From contig CAWCNJ010000004.1 of the NCBI GenBank assembly GCA_963796955.1, positions 288,001 to 352,000 of the forward strand: a stretch of DNA of 64,000 nt, in the 5' to 3' direction. Under the pieces are notes generated by a model that was not told where the DNA came from, made no database searches, and saw only the letters and a list, made by a program, of their open reading frames with translations. The stretch's first letter is position 1. Each line of letters opens with the position of its first letter. Shown here piece after piece: positions 19,162 to 27,793 of the stretch. The stretch comes from Endomicrobiales bacterium (GTDB lineage Bacteria > Elusimicrobiota > Endomicrobiia > Endomicrobiales > JALOBY01). A program made the position numbers and the translations under genes.

Positions 19162-20367
19162 TTATTCCGTTATTTCTGTAACGACACCGGCGCCGACTGT
19201 GTGGCCGCCCTCGCGGATAGCGAAACGCAGCTGCGCTTCCATCGCAATCGGGGCGATAAGCTCTATGTCCATCAACACATTGTCGCCGGGCATTACCATC
19301 TCTACACCCGCCGGCAGCTGGGCAACACCCGTCACGTCGGTCGTTCTGAAATAGAACTGCGGACGGTATCCTTTAAAGAACGGGGTATGGCGGCCACCCT
19401 CTTCCTTGGTCAGGATATACACCTGTCCTTTGAATTTCTTGTGCGGCTTTATGGTTCCCGGGGCCGCTATGACCTGCCCGCGTTCTACCTGGTTCTTCTC
19501 TACGCCCCTCAACAGCATACCCACGTTATCGCCGGCCTGCGCGTCGTCAAGCAGCTTGCGGAACATTTCAAGACCGGTCGCAACAGACTTGCGGGTATCG
19601 GTCAATCCTACGATCTCTACCGCGTCGCCTACTTTTACTTTGCCGCGTTCCACACGTCCCGTCGCCACAGTGCCGCGGCCGGTGATCGTGAAGACGTCTT
19701 CCACTGACATAAGGAAGGGTTTGTCTATTTCACGCTGCGGAAGCGCTATGAACGTATCGCAGGCTTCCATCAGCTTTGTTATTGAATCTTCGCCGAGCTC
19801 AGATTTTTCGCCCTGCATAGCTTTTAATGCTGAACCGCGGATGATCGGCGTCTTGTCGCCGGGGAAACCGTACTTCGTCAGCAGGTCTCTTACTTCCATC
19901 TCCACAAGGTCAAGCAGTTCTTTATCTTCTACCGCGTCGCACTTGTTCAGATATACTACTATGCCGGGCACGTTCACCTGTTTGGCAAGCAAGATGTGCT
20001 CGCGGGTCTGCGGCATCGGGCCGTCTATGGCTGATACCACCAATATCGCTCCGTCCATTTGGGCGGCGCCGGTGATCATGTTCTTTACGTAGTCGGCATG
20101 GCCCGGGCAGTCTATGTGGGCGTAATGCCTGTTGGCCGTTGAGTATTCAACGTGGGACACGGCGATCGTTACGATCTTTGAATCGTCGCGGCGGCCCTGG
20201 GCTTCAGAGGCTTTCGCTACCATGTCGTATGATATGAATTCAGCAAAACCTTTGCCGGCCTGTACCTTCGTGATAGCCGCGGTCAATGTCGTTTTGCCGT
20301 GGTCGACGTGGCCTATGGTTCCGATGTTCGCGTGCGGCTTGGTGCGGTCAAATTTTGTTTTTGCCAT
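19162..20367 (-). CDS. tuf: Elongation factor Tu with variant switch I
   Basis: [38 protein letters not shown]. Confidence 0.99.
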   Translation of the reverse strand: MAKTKFDRTKPHANIGTIGHVDHGKTTLTAAITKVQAGKGFAEFISYDMVAKASEAQGRRDDSKIVTIAVSHVEYSTANRHYAHIDCPGHADYVKNMITGAAQMDGAILVVSAIDGPMPQTREHILLAKQVNVPGIVVYLNKCDAVEDKELLDLVEMEVRDLLTKYGFPGDKTPIIRGSALKAMQGEKSELGEDSITKLMEACDTFIALPQREIDKPFLMSVEDVFTITGRGTVATGRVERGKVKVGDAVEIVGLTDTRKSVATGLEMFRKLLDDAQAGDNVGMLLRGVEKNQVERGQVIAAPGTIKPHKKFKGQVYILTKEEGGRHTPFFKGYRPQFYFRTTDVTGVAQLPAGVEMVMPGDNVLMDIELIAPIAMEAQLRFAIREGGHTVGAGVVTEITE

Positions 20368-20440
20368 CTTATTCCTCCGTTTTTAACTTCAGCTTATTAT
20401 ATGTTCTTATTTATAGCCGGCTTATAAGCCGCTTTACATT

Positions 20441-20516
20441 TGGAGCCCAGAATCGGATTTGAACCGACGACCTCTTCATTACCAATGAAGTGCTCTACCA
20501 GCTGAGCTATCTGGGC
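20441..20516 (-). tRNA. tRNA-Thr(GGT)
   Basis: Anticodon arm CTTCA-TTGGTAA-TGAAG; encoded CCA. Confidence 0.96.
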
Positions 20517-20551
20517 GTTAACGGCAACTTCTACATCTAAAGCGTTATCCG

Positions 20552-20670
20552 GGGAGACGGGAATCCTTCTCACCCGCCTTCGGCTCCTTCGAAGCCGGCT
20601 GCCTCGCTGCCGGTCGCCTTTGGCGACCTTTTCCGCCTACGCGGCGGCGCTTCGGTCAGCTTCGATTCCC
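20552..20670 (-). repeat. tRNA-Gly-linked multi-hairpin element with duplicated tRNA 3' segment
   Basis: GGGAGACGGGAATC at 20552-20565 matches 20684-20697; GGGAATC/GATTCCC closing arms; internal hairpins. Confidence 0.7.
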
Positions 20671-20677
20671 TTTTTAC

Positions 20678-20751
20678 TGGAGCGGGAGACGGGAATCGAA
20701 CCCGCGTGGCCAGCTTGGAAGGCTGGAACACTACCATTGTGCTACTCCCGC
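20678..20751 (-). tRNA. tRNA-Gly(TCC)
   Basis: Anticodon arm CCAGC-CTTCCAA-GCTGG; encoded CCA. Confidence 0.96.
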
Positions 20752-20776
20752 AAGGTGCAATCGCTATTATTCAAAG

Positions 20777-20861
20777 TGGGCAGAGATGGATTTGAACCAC
20801 CGAAGGGCGTAAGCCCGCCAGATTTACAGTCTGGTGCAATAGACCGCTCTGCCATCTGCCC
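20777..20861 (-). tRNA. tRNA-Tyr(GTA), CCA not encoded
   Basis: Anticodon arm CCAGA-CTGTAAA-TCTGG; long variable arm. Confidence 0.95.
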
Positions 20862-20917
20862 ATTTATGTCAATAAACCACAAAATAAAAAAAACTTAAGA
20901 AAGCCTTAAGTTCGTCT

Positions 20918-20946
20918 ATTATACACCAAAACTATTATCGTGTCAA
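20918..20946 (-). promoter_or_regulatory. Consensus sigma70 promoter of the tRNA-tuf operon
   Basis: TTGACA-17-TATAAT exact match. Confidence 0.85.
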
Positions 20947-20978
20947 CAACTTTTTTATTCGGTGAAGAGACAACTGGA

Positions 20979-21251
20979 TTATCCGTAAATCTCATGAGTT
21001 CCAACATCAATATAAATCACATTGGAATCGCCAGCGAACTTAAATAGTACCCGGTAATGATAGTTTACCGAATAGGACCAGTAGTCTTTTAGTTTGCCTC
21101 GTAGTTGATGTGTTTTTAGTTTTGCGTCAAAAGGGTTTTCTCTAAATAGAGAATCCTTTTTGACAAGCATTTCTTGAATTTGTTTGGGAAGGTTGTTCAA
21201 TGCTTTGCTAAAGTGTGGAGTGTAGCCGACTACTACAGGGCCCTTGACCAT
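20979..21251 (-). CDS. RelE/ParE-superfamily type II toxin
   Basis: YTPHFSKAL..L, NPF...LKTHQLRGKL..YWSYSVN..YRVLF, DVGTHEIY. Confidence 0.88.
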   Translation of the reverse strand: MVKGPVVVGYTPHFSKALNNLPKQIQEMLVKKDSLFRENPFDAKLKTHQLRGKLKDYWSYSVNYHYRVLFKFAGDSNVIYIDVGTHEIYG

Positions 21252-21253
21252 GG

Positions 21254-21481
21254 TTAGCGTTTAATTGCTTCGGCGATCGTTTTTTTTGTGTATTTAACTT
21301 TTCCGGCTCGGATATCATGCTCGGCTTGCTTTATTACCGAAGCAACTTCATCGTATTCGGTGGCACGCCGCCGCAAAGCTTCATACTCCTTGCGCCGCAC
21401 CAATACAAGATCGTCACCATGTGAAAAATGTCTCGGAATTGCAATAGTCATTCCCATAGTCTTCTCCGTTGTTATATGCAT
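21254..21481 (-). CDS. Probable cognate antitoxin
   Basis: 75 aa directly upstream of the toxin; DDLVLVRRKEYEAL...QAEHDIRAGKV. TTGACT-17-TACAAT promoter lies 6 nt before the ATG. Confidence 0.75.
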   Translation of the reverse strand: MHITTEKTMGMTIAIPRHFSHGDDLVLVRRKEYEALRRRATEYDEVASVIKQAEHDIRAGKVKYTKKTIAEAIKR

Positions 21482-21576
21482 AATAGAATTGTAGCGTAAA
21501 TTTAATGCACAGTCAATAAGACCCTCCAAAAAAATCCAAAAAAATCTATTTGAAAAGCAGTTAGTAAAGAGATACA

Positions 21577-22110
21577 ATGACTAAATCAATGTCTCAGGGG
21601 GTATTTAATGCGCCGCGAACGAACAGGGCAGGAGGATTCATAGTGAATTCTATAAGAAAGAATATTGTACGAAGTTTTGCGGTGCTTTATGTTTTGGCGG
21701 TGATCTTGCCACGCTTTTTTATCGGCTCAGAACATCAATACTTTGCACTTCCAGGTATGCATTTGGGTGCGCACAATGGGATTTGGTCGGTTTTTCTTAT
21801 GTGTATATGGCCTGTTACTATTTTGGCTGAAGTGTTAATGATATTTGCCGGGATTCGACTGTTTGTTTTTGATGAAATTGGAAGGAGAATGGTGCTTGTT
21901 TCTCTTTTGGTGTCAATTGTTGCCGCGTTAGTTGATTTGGTTGTAGATGTGTCCAATTTTATGAATTTGATCTTTTTCAATTTGAATGAGGTTCTAAGTA
22001 CTTTAATAGGTAGTAGCGTTTTTGCGATTATGTGCATAGGTGGTATTATATTGCTTAGTAGTCCATCGGTTCGAAAGGGGTTTTATCCGAGCTCACTATC
22101 TGAAAAGTGA
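21577..22110 (+). CDS. Hypothetical membrane protein (AT-rich)
   Basis: Four hydrophobic segments; start uncertain. Confidence 0.55.
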   Translation: MTKSMSQGVFNAPRTNRAGGFIVNSIRKNIVRSFAVLYVLAVILPRFFIGSEHQYFALPGMHLGAHNGIWSVFLMCIWPVTILAEVLMIFAGIRLFVFDEIGRRMVLVSLLVSIVAALVDLVVDVSNFMNLIFFNLNEVLSTLIGSSVFAIMCIGGIILLSSPSVRKGFYPSSLSEK

Positions 22111-22143
22111 AGCAAGATTTTAACGATCACCCTGGCCGGTCTT

Positions 22144-22515
22144 TTGATCACGACAGGCGTATATTCAAACATTATGCATATCCAGAATGTTAAGGCAAAA
22201 TCAGTTTTTGTGAGTGCGGATGCTCTTTATCGGGCCAAGATGTTCAGCGCTGCGTTGTCCCGGCTGGAACCTATACAAATTGCTGACAGGGATGTTTTTT
22301 GTAAAAGCTATTTTCTGGCGGGGGAATGTTATTTCGCCCTTGGTCGCTTCCCGGAGGCCGTTGAGATTTACAAAAATTGTATATTTGTAGCTAATAATGA
22401 ATGGAAACAAGCTGCTTATGGCCGCTTGTATGAAGCATATAGGGTTTTAGGAAAGCCCGACGAGGCGGCTAAATATAAGGCGGAGGCCTCAACCATTTTG
22501 AGAGACAAACGCTGA
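22144..22515 (+). CDS. Small TPR protein
   Basis: YFLAGECYFALGRFPEA and AYGRLYEAYRVLGKPDEA; start uncertain. Confidence 0.65.
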   Translation: MITTGVYSNIMHIQNVKAKSVFVSADALYRAKMFSAALSRLEPIQIADRDVFCKSYFLAGECYFALGRFPEAVEIYKNCIFVANNEWKQAAYGRLYEAYRVLGKPDEAAKYKAEASTILRDKR

Positions 22516-22663
22516 AAGTAATAGCTTTTAAAGGCAGGGGCGCGTGGGAATACGGCTATCTTGCTCGTTGCAGTTTCTAGGGAGCTGAAGGCAGCATAGA
22601 TAGCTTGATAAAAAAGCACAATAAGAATATAATCATTCAAACGAAACATTTTCAGGGAGCGAT

Positions 22664-23440
22664 ATGGTATCGAAACGGCTTATTGTGATTAAGGTTGGCA
22701 CTAATCTGCTTACTCGGGCTGATGGAAAACTTAATACCGCCCGCATAGGCCTGCTTTCCCGCGAGATCGTGGCTCTTCAAAGGTCCGGCAAGCAGGTTAT
22801 ACTGGTTACCAGCGGGGCTATCGGCGCCGGCATGGGGAAAATGGGTTTAAAACAGCGCCCGACCATGCTGAAAGACCGGCAGGCTCTGGCCGCTGTGGGC
22901 CAGCCGCTGCTGATGGAGTTGTATCAGGGAGCGTTCAAAAAAAGTAAGGCCACGGTAGCGCAGGTACTTTTAACGCGTTACGACCTTGAAGACCGCCAGA
23001 GATCCGGCAATATCCGCAACACGCTTAAAACCCTGCTGGATCAAGGCATTATTCCTATTATCAATGAGAACGATACCGTTGCGGTTGAAGAGATCGGCGC
23101 GAATTTCGGGGATAATGATACCTTGGCCTCGGTCGTCGCCTGTGCCATGAATGCCGGATTCTGCTTTCTGCTGACGGACGTGGACGGCCTCTACAGCGGC
23201 GTGCCGGGTAAAAGCCCGCTCATTCCGCTGGTTAAAAAAATTACTTCCGATATAGAGCATTGCGCCGGCCCGGCCTGCTCCTCGGGGAAGGGTACCGGCG
23301 GGATGGTCACAAAGCTTAAAGCCGCCAAGGCCGCCACCGCCGCAGGCGTTACCATGGTTATTGTTAACGGGGGAATTCCGGAGGTAGTCACAAAAGTGCT
23401 TGCCGGACAGAAGTTGGGAACTACGTTCCTTCCATCGTAG
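22664..23440 (+). CDS. proB: Glutamate 5-kinase (short form without PUA)
   Basis: VIKVGT, VTSGAIGAG, AAVGQ, IINENDTV, FGDNDTLA, GTGGMVTKL. Confidence 0.96.
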   Translation: MVSKRLIVIKVGTNLLTRADGKLNTARIGLLSREIVALQRSGKQVILVTSGAIGAGMGKMGLKQRPTMLKDRQALAAVGQPLLMELYQGAFKKSKATVAQVLLTRYDLEDRQRSGNIRNTLKTLLDQGIIPIINENDTVAVEEIGANFGDNDTLASVVACAMNAGFCFLLTDVDGLYSGVPGKSPLIPLVKKITSDIEHCAGPACSSGKGTGGMVTKLKAAKAATAAGVTMVIVNGGIPEVVTKVLAGQKLGTTFLPS

Positions 23441-23494
23441 CGACGCGGAATTTTGCGTTCCTGCCCTTCATTTATCCCCTGTCGGTAAATCCCC

Positions 23495-23524
23495 TGAAAC
23501 TTTTCGCGCGGGAGCGCTGTCTAA
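23495..23524 (+). promoter_or_regulatory. ECF sigma promoter copy 3 (autoregulatory)
   Basis: TGAAACttttcgcgcgggagcgctGTCTAA, 3 nt before the sigma ATG. Confidence 0.8.
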
Positions 23525-23527
23525 ACT

Positions 23528-24082
23528 ATGAGTGCAAAAAAAATGAACGCTATCGCGACGGCCATCATAGACAATAAGGCCGCTGCGGCCACCTTCGAAG
23601 AAATATACCGGGAATACGCCGATTATGTTTACACCGTGGCCTACGGAATAGTTCTTCACCATGACGATGCCAGGGAAGTATCCCAGGAAACATTTGTAAA
23701 GGTCTATAAAAATCTTTCAAATTTCAGGCATGACTCCTCCCTTAAGACCTGGCTGTACCGCATAACCGTCAATGAAGCCCTCAATTATGTGAAGAAGTAC
23801 CGTAACAAACGTTCCGTGACGATCGATCTGGAGCAGGCGGACGGCGAGCTGTTGGCGCCGGCAGAAGATCCGGAGGCCGCGGGCAAGCACGCGGATGTCA
23901 TGAAAATGCTTACGGAACTAAAACCGGATTATCGCGCCTGCATGGTGTTGCGAAATATCCAGGGTCTCAGTTATCAGGAGATCGCGGACATCCTGGGCGA
24001 AAATATAAATACCGTGCGCACCCGGTTGCGCCGTGCGCGCGAACAATTACTGCAGTCTCTTAAGGGAGGTGATGGGAAATGA
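23528..24082 (+). CDS. ECF RNA polymerase sigma factor
   Basis: Region 2 (DAREVSQETFVKVY, LKTWLYRITVN) and region 4 (GLSYQEIA..L..NINTVRTRLRRAR). Confidence 0.95.
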   Translation: MSAKKMNAIATAIIDNKAAAATFEEIYREYADYVYTVAYGIVLHHDDAREVSQETFVKVYKNLSNFRHDSSLKTWLYRITVNEALNYVKKYRNKRSVTIDLEQADGELLAPAEDPEAAGKHADVMKMLTELKPDYRACMVLRNIQGLSYQEIADILGENINTVRTRLRRAREQLLQSLKGGDGK

Positions 24083-24534
24083 ACTGTACCGAGATGCAAA
24101 AGATCATCATAACAGATTTCTCCGACCATGAAACGGAACCGGCACTTCGGGGGGAAATTACCCGTCATCTGCTGGATTGCGCAGCCTGCCGCGCGCTTGA
24201 ACTGCGCGTGCGCACGCAATTAATGCAGCCGTTCGAACACATGGTACTGAAAGCGCCCGCCGGCATGTGGAACAATATACAGGAACAAATAGCTGCTCAG
24301 CCCGCGGATCAATGGTATTATCATTTTCTTCCAAAAGGGGTATCGTTCCCCAAAATAGCGCTCGCAGCCGGCTTGATCCTGATGCTTGCGGGGGGCGCGG
24401 AAGTGGTGTATCAGAAAAAGACGGTTTTTCAGCATGAGGCAGCGGTGTGCGTGCTGGAAAACATGAAGTATATGGAAACCCTTATAAATAATGAGGGTGC
24501 TATCGAAAATACCGAGATCGAAGAATTGATTTGA
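24079..24534 (+). CDS. Zinc-finger (HC2) membrane anti-sigma factor
   Basis: MNC...HLLDCAAC followed by one TM helix. Confidence 0.85.
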   Translation: MNCTEMQKIIITDFSDHETEPALRGEITRHLLDCAACRALELRVRTQLMQPFEHMVLKAPAGMWNNIQEQIAAQPADQWYYHFLPKGVSFPKIALAAGLILMLAGGAEVVYQKKTVFQHEAAVCVLENMKYMETLINNEGAIENTEIEELI

Positions 24535-24548
24535 ACGGAGGACGGGTA

Positions 24549-24992
24549 ATGAAAAGAAGGGTTTTAGCGGTCATGTGCAGTGCGGTGATCATGTTCGGCC
24601 TGTGCGGTTCAGCCCGCGCCGACCGGCCGGATGAAATGTCGGAAAAACACGAAAAGATGGCTCAAAAGATCGACAAAGAACTTAAACTTACCGCCGAGCA
24701 AAAAGAACAGCTGAGAACGTTCCGCGCGGACCAGCAGACCGTGATGAAGGACATTAGACGGCAGCTGAATGAAAAACGGCTGGCCATGAAGGAAGAGCTG
24801 GAAAAGCCGGAGTCCGACAAAGACGCCGTCGACGAATTGTCATCGGACATAAAGCAGCTTACCAGCCAGCAGATAGACCTGCATACGGCGGCCATGCTTA
24901 AAATGAAAGAAGTGCTTACCCGGGAACAGTTCAAGAAGTTCCTTGAGATGATGGATAAGCACATGAAAAATATGCCGCCCCCGAAAGACTGA
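24549..24992 (+). CDS. Periplasmic Spy/CpxP-like protein
   Basis: Signal peptide; LKLTAEQK and VLTREQ. Confidence 0.85.
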   Translation: MKRRVLAVMCSAVIMFGLCGSARADRPDEMSEKHEKMAQKIDKELKLTAEQKEQLRTFRADQQTVMKDIRRQLNEKRLAMKEELEKPESDKDAVDELSSDIKQLTSQQIDLHTAAMLKMKEVLTREQFKKFLEMMDKHMKNMPPPKD

Positions 24993-25534
24993 TGTCCTGC
25001 GAAATGAAAATAGCAAAGGTCCTTCTCATGGTTTTTGTTCCTGCGTGCCTGTCCTCAGGCGCTGCATTTGCCTACGGCGGCGGCCCGGGCCCGGGCCGGC
25101 ACGGACATCCGCAGGTTGCCCAGGAACAGGGTTCCGAACATTCCTTATCGGACATCGCGGGTGTGGGCGAGCAGGAAATACGCCGCATCTTAAGCTATAA
25201 GCCGGAGCTAGAACTGACGGCGGATCAGGAGAGCGCCCTTCTCGCGGTCCGCGCCGAACTGATAAAAAACCTGGCTGTCGTGGTTAAAAGCTATATGCAG
25301 TGCCAGTACGAATACCTTGGGGTCGTAGACGCTGAAAACCCGGATTTCAAGGCGATACGTGATAAAGCCCGTGAAATGACGACGATAGAAACATACGTCA
25401 CCGCGCTTTCCGTAGATGCATTCGATAAGGCGTTCGCGGTGCTTAACGAAAAACAAAAAAACATGTGGGCCGTTCTCGCGAAAAAACGTCATGAAGAAAT
25501 GATGGAACGCATGGCGCGTCAGGCGATGCCTTAA
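24992..25534 (+). CDS. Second periplasmic Spy/CpxP-like protein
   Basis: Signal peptide; LELTADQ and VLNEKQ. Confidence 0.75.
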   Translation: MSCEMKIAKVLLMVFVPACLSSGAAFAYGGGPGPGRHGHPQVAQEQGSEHSLSDIAGVGEQEIRRILSYKPELELTADQESALLAVRAELIKNLAVVVKSYMQCQYEYLGVVDAENPDFKAIRDKAREMTTIETYVTALSVDAFDKAFAVLNEKQKNMWAVLAKKRHEEMMERMARQAMP

Positions 25535-25565
25535 AAATCGGGAACAGGACTTTGCGAAAGGAAAT

Positions 25566-26804
25566 ATGATGCGATACCACAAGATCGTTGCCCTTCTTGG
25601 TGCCTTGCTTATACCGGGGCTGGCACAGGCCGTAGATCTAACCTGGGACGAAGCGCTGGCACGTACAAAACAAAGCAACCCGACCCTGATCAAAGCCTCT
25701 CAGACGGTGCGCAACGCACAGCTGAACAGCCGCAGGTCTAACAGCGCTTTTCTTCCTTCCCTCAGCGCCTCGGCAGGCGTTTCACGATCTCAGAGCGATC
25801 CGCTGCCCGTATCAAAACAGGCGTCGGCCGGATTGAGCGGTTCACTATCTATTTTTAACGGGTTTGCCGATGTAGCCGCAATGCAGCAGGCGGATGCGGA
25901 CCTGCAAATAGCGAGACAACGTTATCAACGTGCCCTCTCCGATGTCACGTATCACTTAAAACGCGATTATATCACCTTGTTGTGGGCCCAGGACCAGGTG
26001 GCATTATTTAAACAGATACAGGAAAAGCGCGACGAGAATATGAAGTTGATACAACTGAAATACGACGCCGGTATCGAAGACAAAGGCTCGCTGCTGCAAG
26101 TGCAGGCCGATAAGGCGCAGAGCGACTATGACGTAGACCGCGCCGAACGTGCAAGAACACTTGCCCTGGTCAATTTAAACCGCAGCATAGGCCTGGATGA
26201 GCCGGCGCCGTTCGTGGCTACCAGCAGCTTTGCCATCCCTTCTGAGGCGGCAGCTGCTCAAATAGAGGCCGCCTTACCGCAAACCCCCGAATATAAGATC
26301 GAAGCTTTCACGCTCAGTAAAGCCGCCGCTCAACGCACCGCCGCGCGCAGCGGTCTCTACCCTTCCCTTAATCTTAACGGCAGTGTAAGCCGCAGCGGCG
26401 ACAGCTGGTTCCCCGCTGATAACAGCTGGAGCGCCGGCCTTTTCCTGTCGTACCCTTTCTTCACCGGCGGCCGCAATTTTTACGATGCCGCCATCGGTTC
26501 CCTTGCCTACGAGATAGCGCAACAGACGTTCCGTGAGAACGTGCAGCAGCTGCGGTCCGCCATTTCCGAAGGATACAACGGGTATGCGGATACCGTCGAG
26601 GGTGTTTCTGTTGCCATCAAATCAACCTACGCCGCGCAAATGCAGTCGGATATAAAGACCGAGAAATATATGAACGGCCTGGTCGCGTATTTCGAGTGGT
26701 ATACCGATGTGAATAGCAATATAAACGCCCAAAAAAATCTGTTAAATACCAGACGCGACGCCCTGCTGCAGCAGGCGGCCTGGCAAAACCTTCTAGGAGA
26801 GTGA
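25566..26804 (+). CDS. TolC-family outer membrane protein
   Basis: AFLPSLSA, GLYPSLNL, YPFFTGG OEP repeats. Confidence 0.9.
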   Translation: MMRYHKIVALLGALLIPGLAQAVDLTWDEALARTKQSNPTLIKASQTVRNAQLNSRRSNSAFLPSLSASAGVSRSQSDPLPVSKQASAGLSGSLSIFNGFADVAAMQQADADLQIARQRYQRALSDVTYHLKRDYITLLWAQDQVALFKQIQEKRDENMKLIQLKYDAGIEDKGSLLQVQADKAQSDYDVDRAERARTLALVNLNRSIGLDEPAPFVATSSFAIPSEAAAAQIEAALPQTPEYKIEAFTLSKAAAQRTAARSGLYPSLNLNGSVSRSGDSWFPADNSWSAGLFLSYPFFTGGRNFYDAAIGSLAYEIAQQTFRENVQQLRSAISEGYNGYADTVEGVSVAIKSTYAAQMQSDIKTEKYMNGLVAYFEWYTDVNSNINAQKNLLNTRRDALLQQAAWQNLLGE

Positions 26805-26810
26805 TACGGC

Positions 26811-27782
26811 ATGAAAAAAATTATAGTTATCGTGGTCCTGCTGGCAGCGGCCATAACGACGGGGTTTTTAATGCCCCGAAAGAATAAATCCAAGCTGGTG
26901 GAGACTATCCATCCAGAGAGAGGCACTATCGCCGTAGAGCTTCATTTGAATGGTTCCGTGCAGCCAAGGAACCGCCTGGAGATAAAACCCCAGGTTGCCG
27001 GAAGGGTGGAAAGCGTACTGGTGCAGGAAGGCGACCGGGTGAAGAAAGGCCAGGTGCTGGCCTGGATGAGCTCTTCTGACCGCGCGGCTTTGCTGGACGC
27101 CGCCAGTGCCAAGGGAGAGCAAGAGGTTAAAAAATGGGCCGACATATATAAGCCGGCCCCCGTCATGGCGCCGATGGACGGCTTTATTATCGATAGAAGC
27201 AAAGAGCCCGGGCAGACGATCTCCGTGGGAGAAGACCTGCTGGTGATGGCCGATAACCTGATCGTGGAAGAAAATGTCGATGAGACCGATCTGCGCTACG
27301 TGGCATTAGGCAGAAAAGCCAGTATTTCTCTTGATGCGTATCCGGGTAAGTTATTCCCCGGGGTGATAGAGCATGTTGCGTATGAGTCCACGGTATTGAA
27401 CAATGTGACGGTCTATCTGGTAAAGGTCCGTCCGGAGCGCATACCGCCCGCCTTCCGTGCCGGCATGACCGCCACCGTAGACATGGAAGCCGAGAAAAAG
27501 GACGACGTATTGATGCTGCCCATTGAGGCCATTGTTGATAACGGAAAAAAGAAATTCGTTATGGTCAAAGTTGCCGGGACCCCGAAGCCTGAGCGCAGGC
27601 CGGTAGAGACCGGGATAACCAACGGTAAGCAATTCGAGATAGTTTCCGGCGTCACCGAGGACGATGATGTGATAGCCGTGCCTTCCAGGGGACGCGGTGC
27701 GGGAGCTTTGGCGGCCGGCGGCGGACCGCGCGGCGGTATCGGCGGCATTTTCGGGGTACAGTCTAAATCTTCGGCGCATTGA
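26811..27782 (+). CDS. MacA-like periplasmic adaptor
   Basis: GRVESVLVQEGDRVKKGQVL, APMDG, VDETD, RAGMTA. Confidence 0.9.
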   Translation: MKKIIVIVVLLAAAITTGFLMPRKNKSKLVETIHPERGTIAVELHLNGSVQPRNRLEIKPQVAGRVESVLVQEGDRVKKGQVLAWMSSSDRAALLDAASAKGEQEVKKWADIYKPAPVMAPMDGFIIDRSKEPGQTISVGEDLLVMADNLIVEENVDETDLRYVALGRKASISLDAYPGKLFPGVIEHVAYESTVLNNVTVYLVKVRPERIPPAFRAGMTATVDMEAEKKDDVLMLPIEAIVDNGKKKFVMVKVAGTPKPERRPVETGITNGKQFEIVSGVTEDDDVIAVPSRGRGAGALAAGGGPRGGIGGIFGVQSKSSAH

Positions 27783-27793
27783 ACCGGGAATAA

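Noticed and set aside
20552..20697. Prophage/ICE attL-attR at tRNA-Gly
   Set aside because: The duplicated 14 bp enclose only about 120 bp and there is no integrase; kept only as a miniature element.
21482..21577. 107-aa version of the antitoxin
   Set aside because: The extension runs through its own -35/-10 promoter, so the later ATG is more likely.
22664..23440. Truncated proB
   Set aside because: PUA-less glutamate 5-kinases are a normal form and all catalytic motifs are present.
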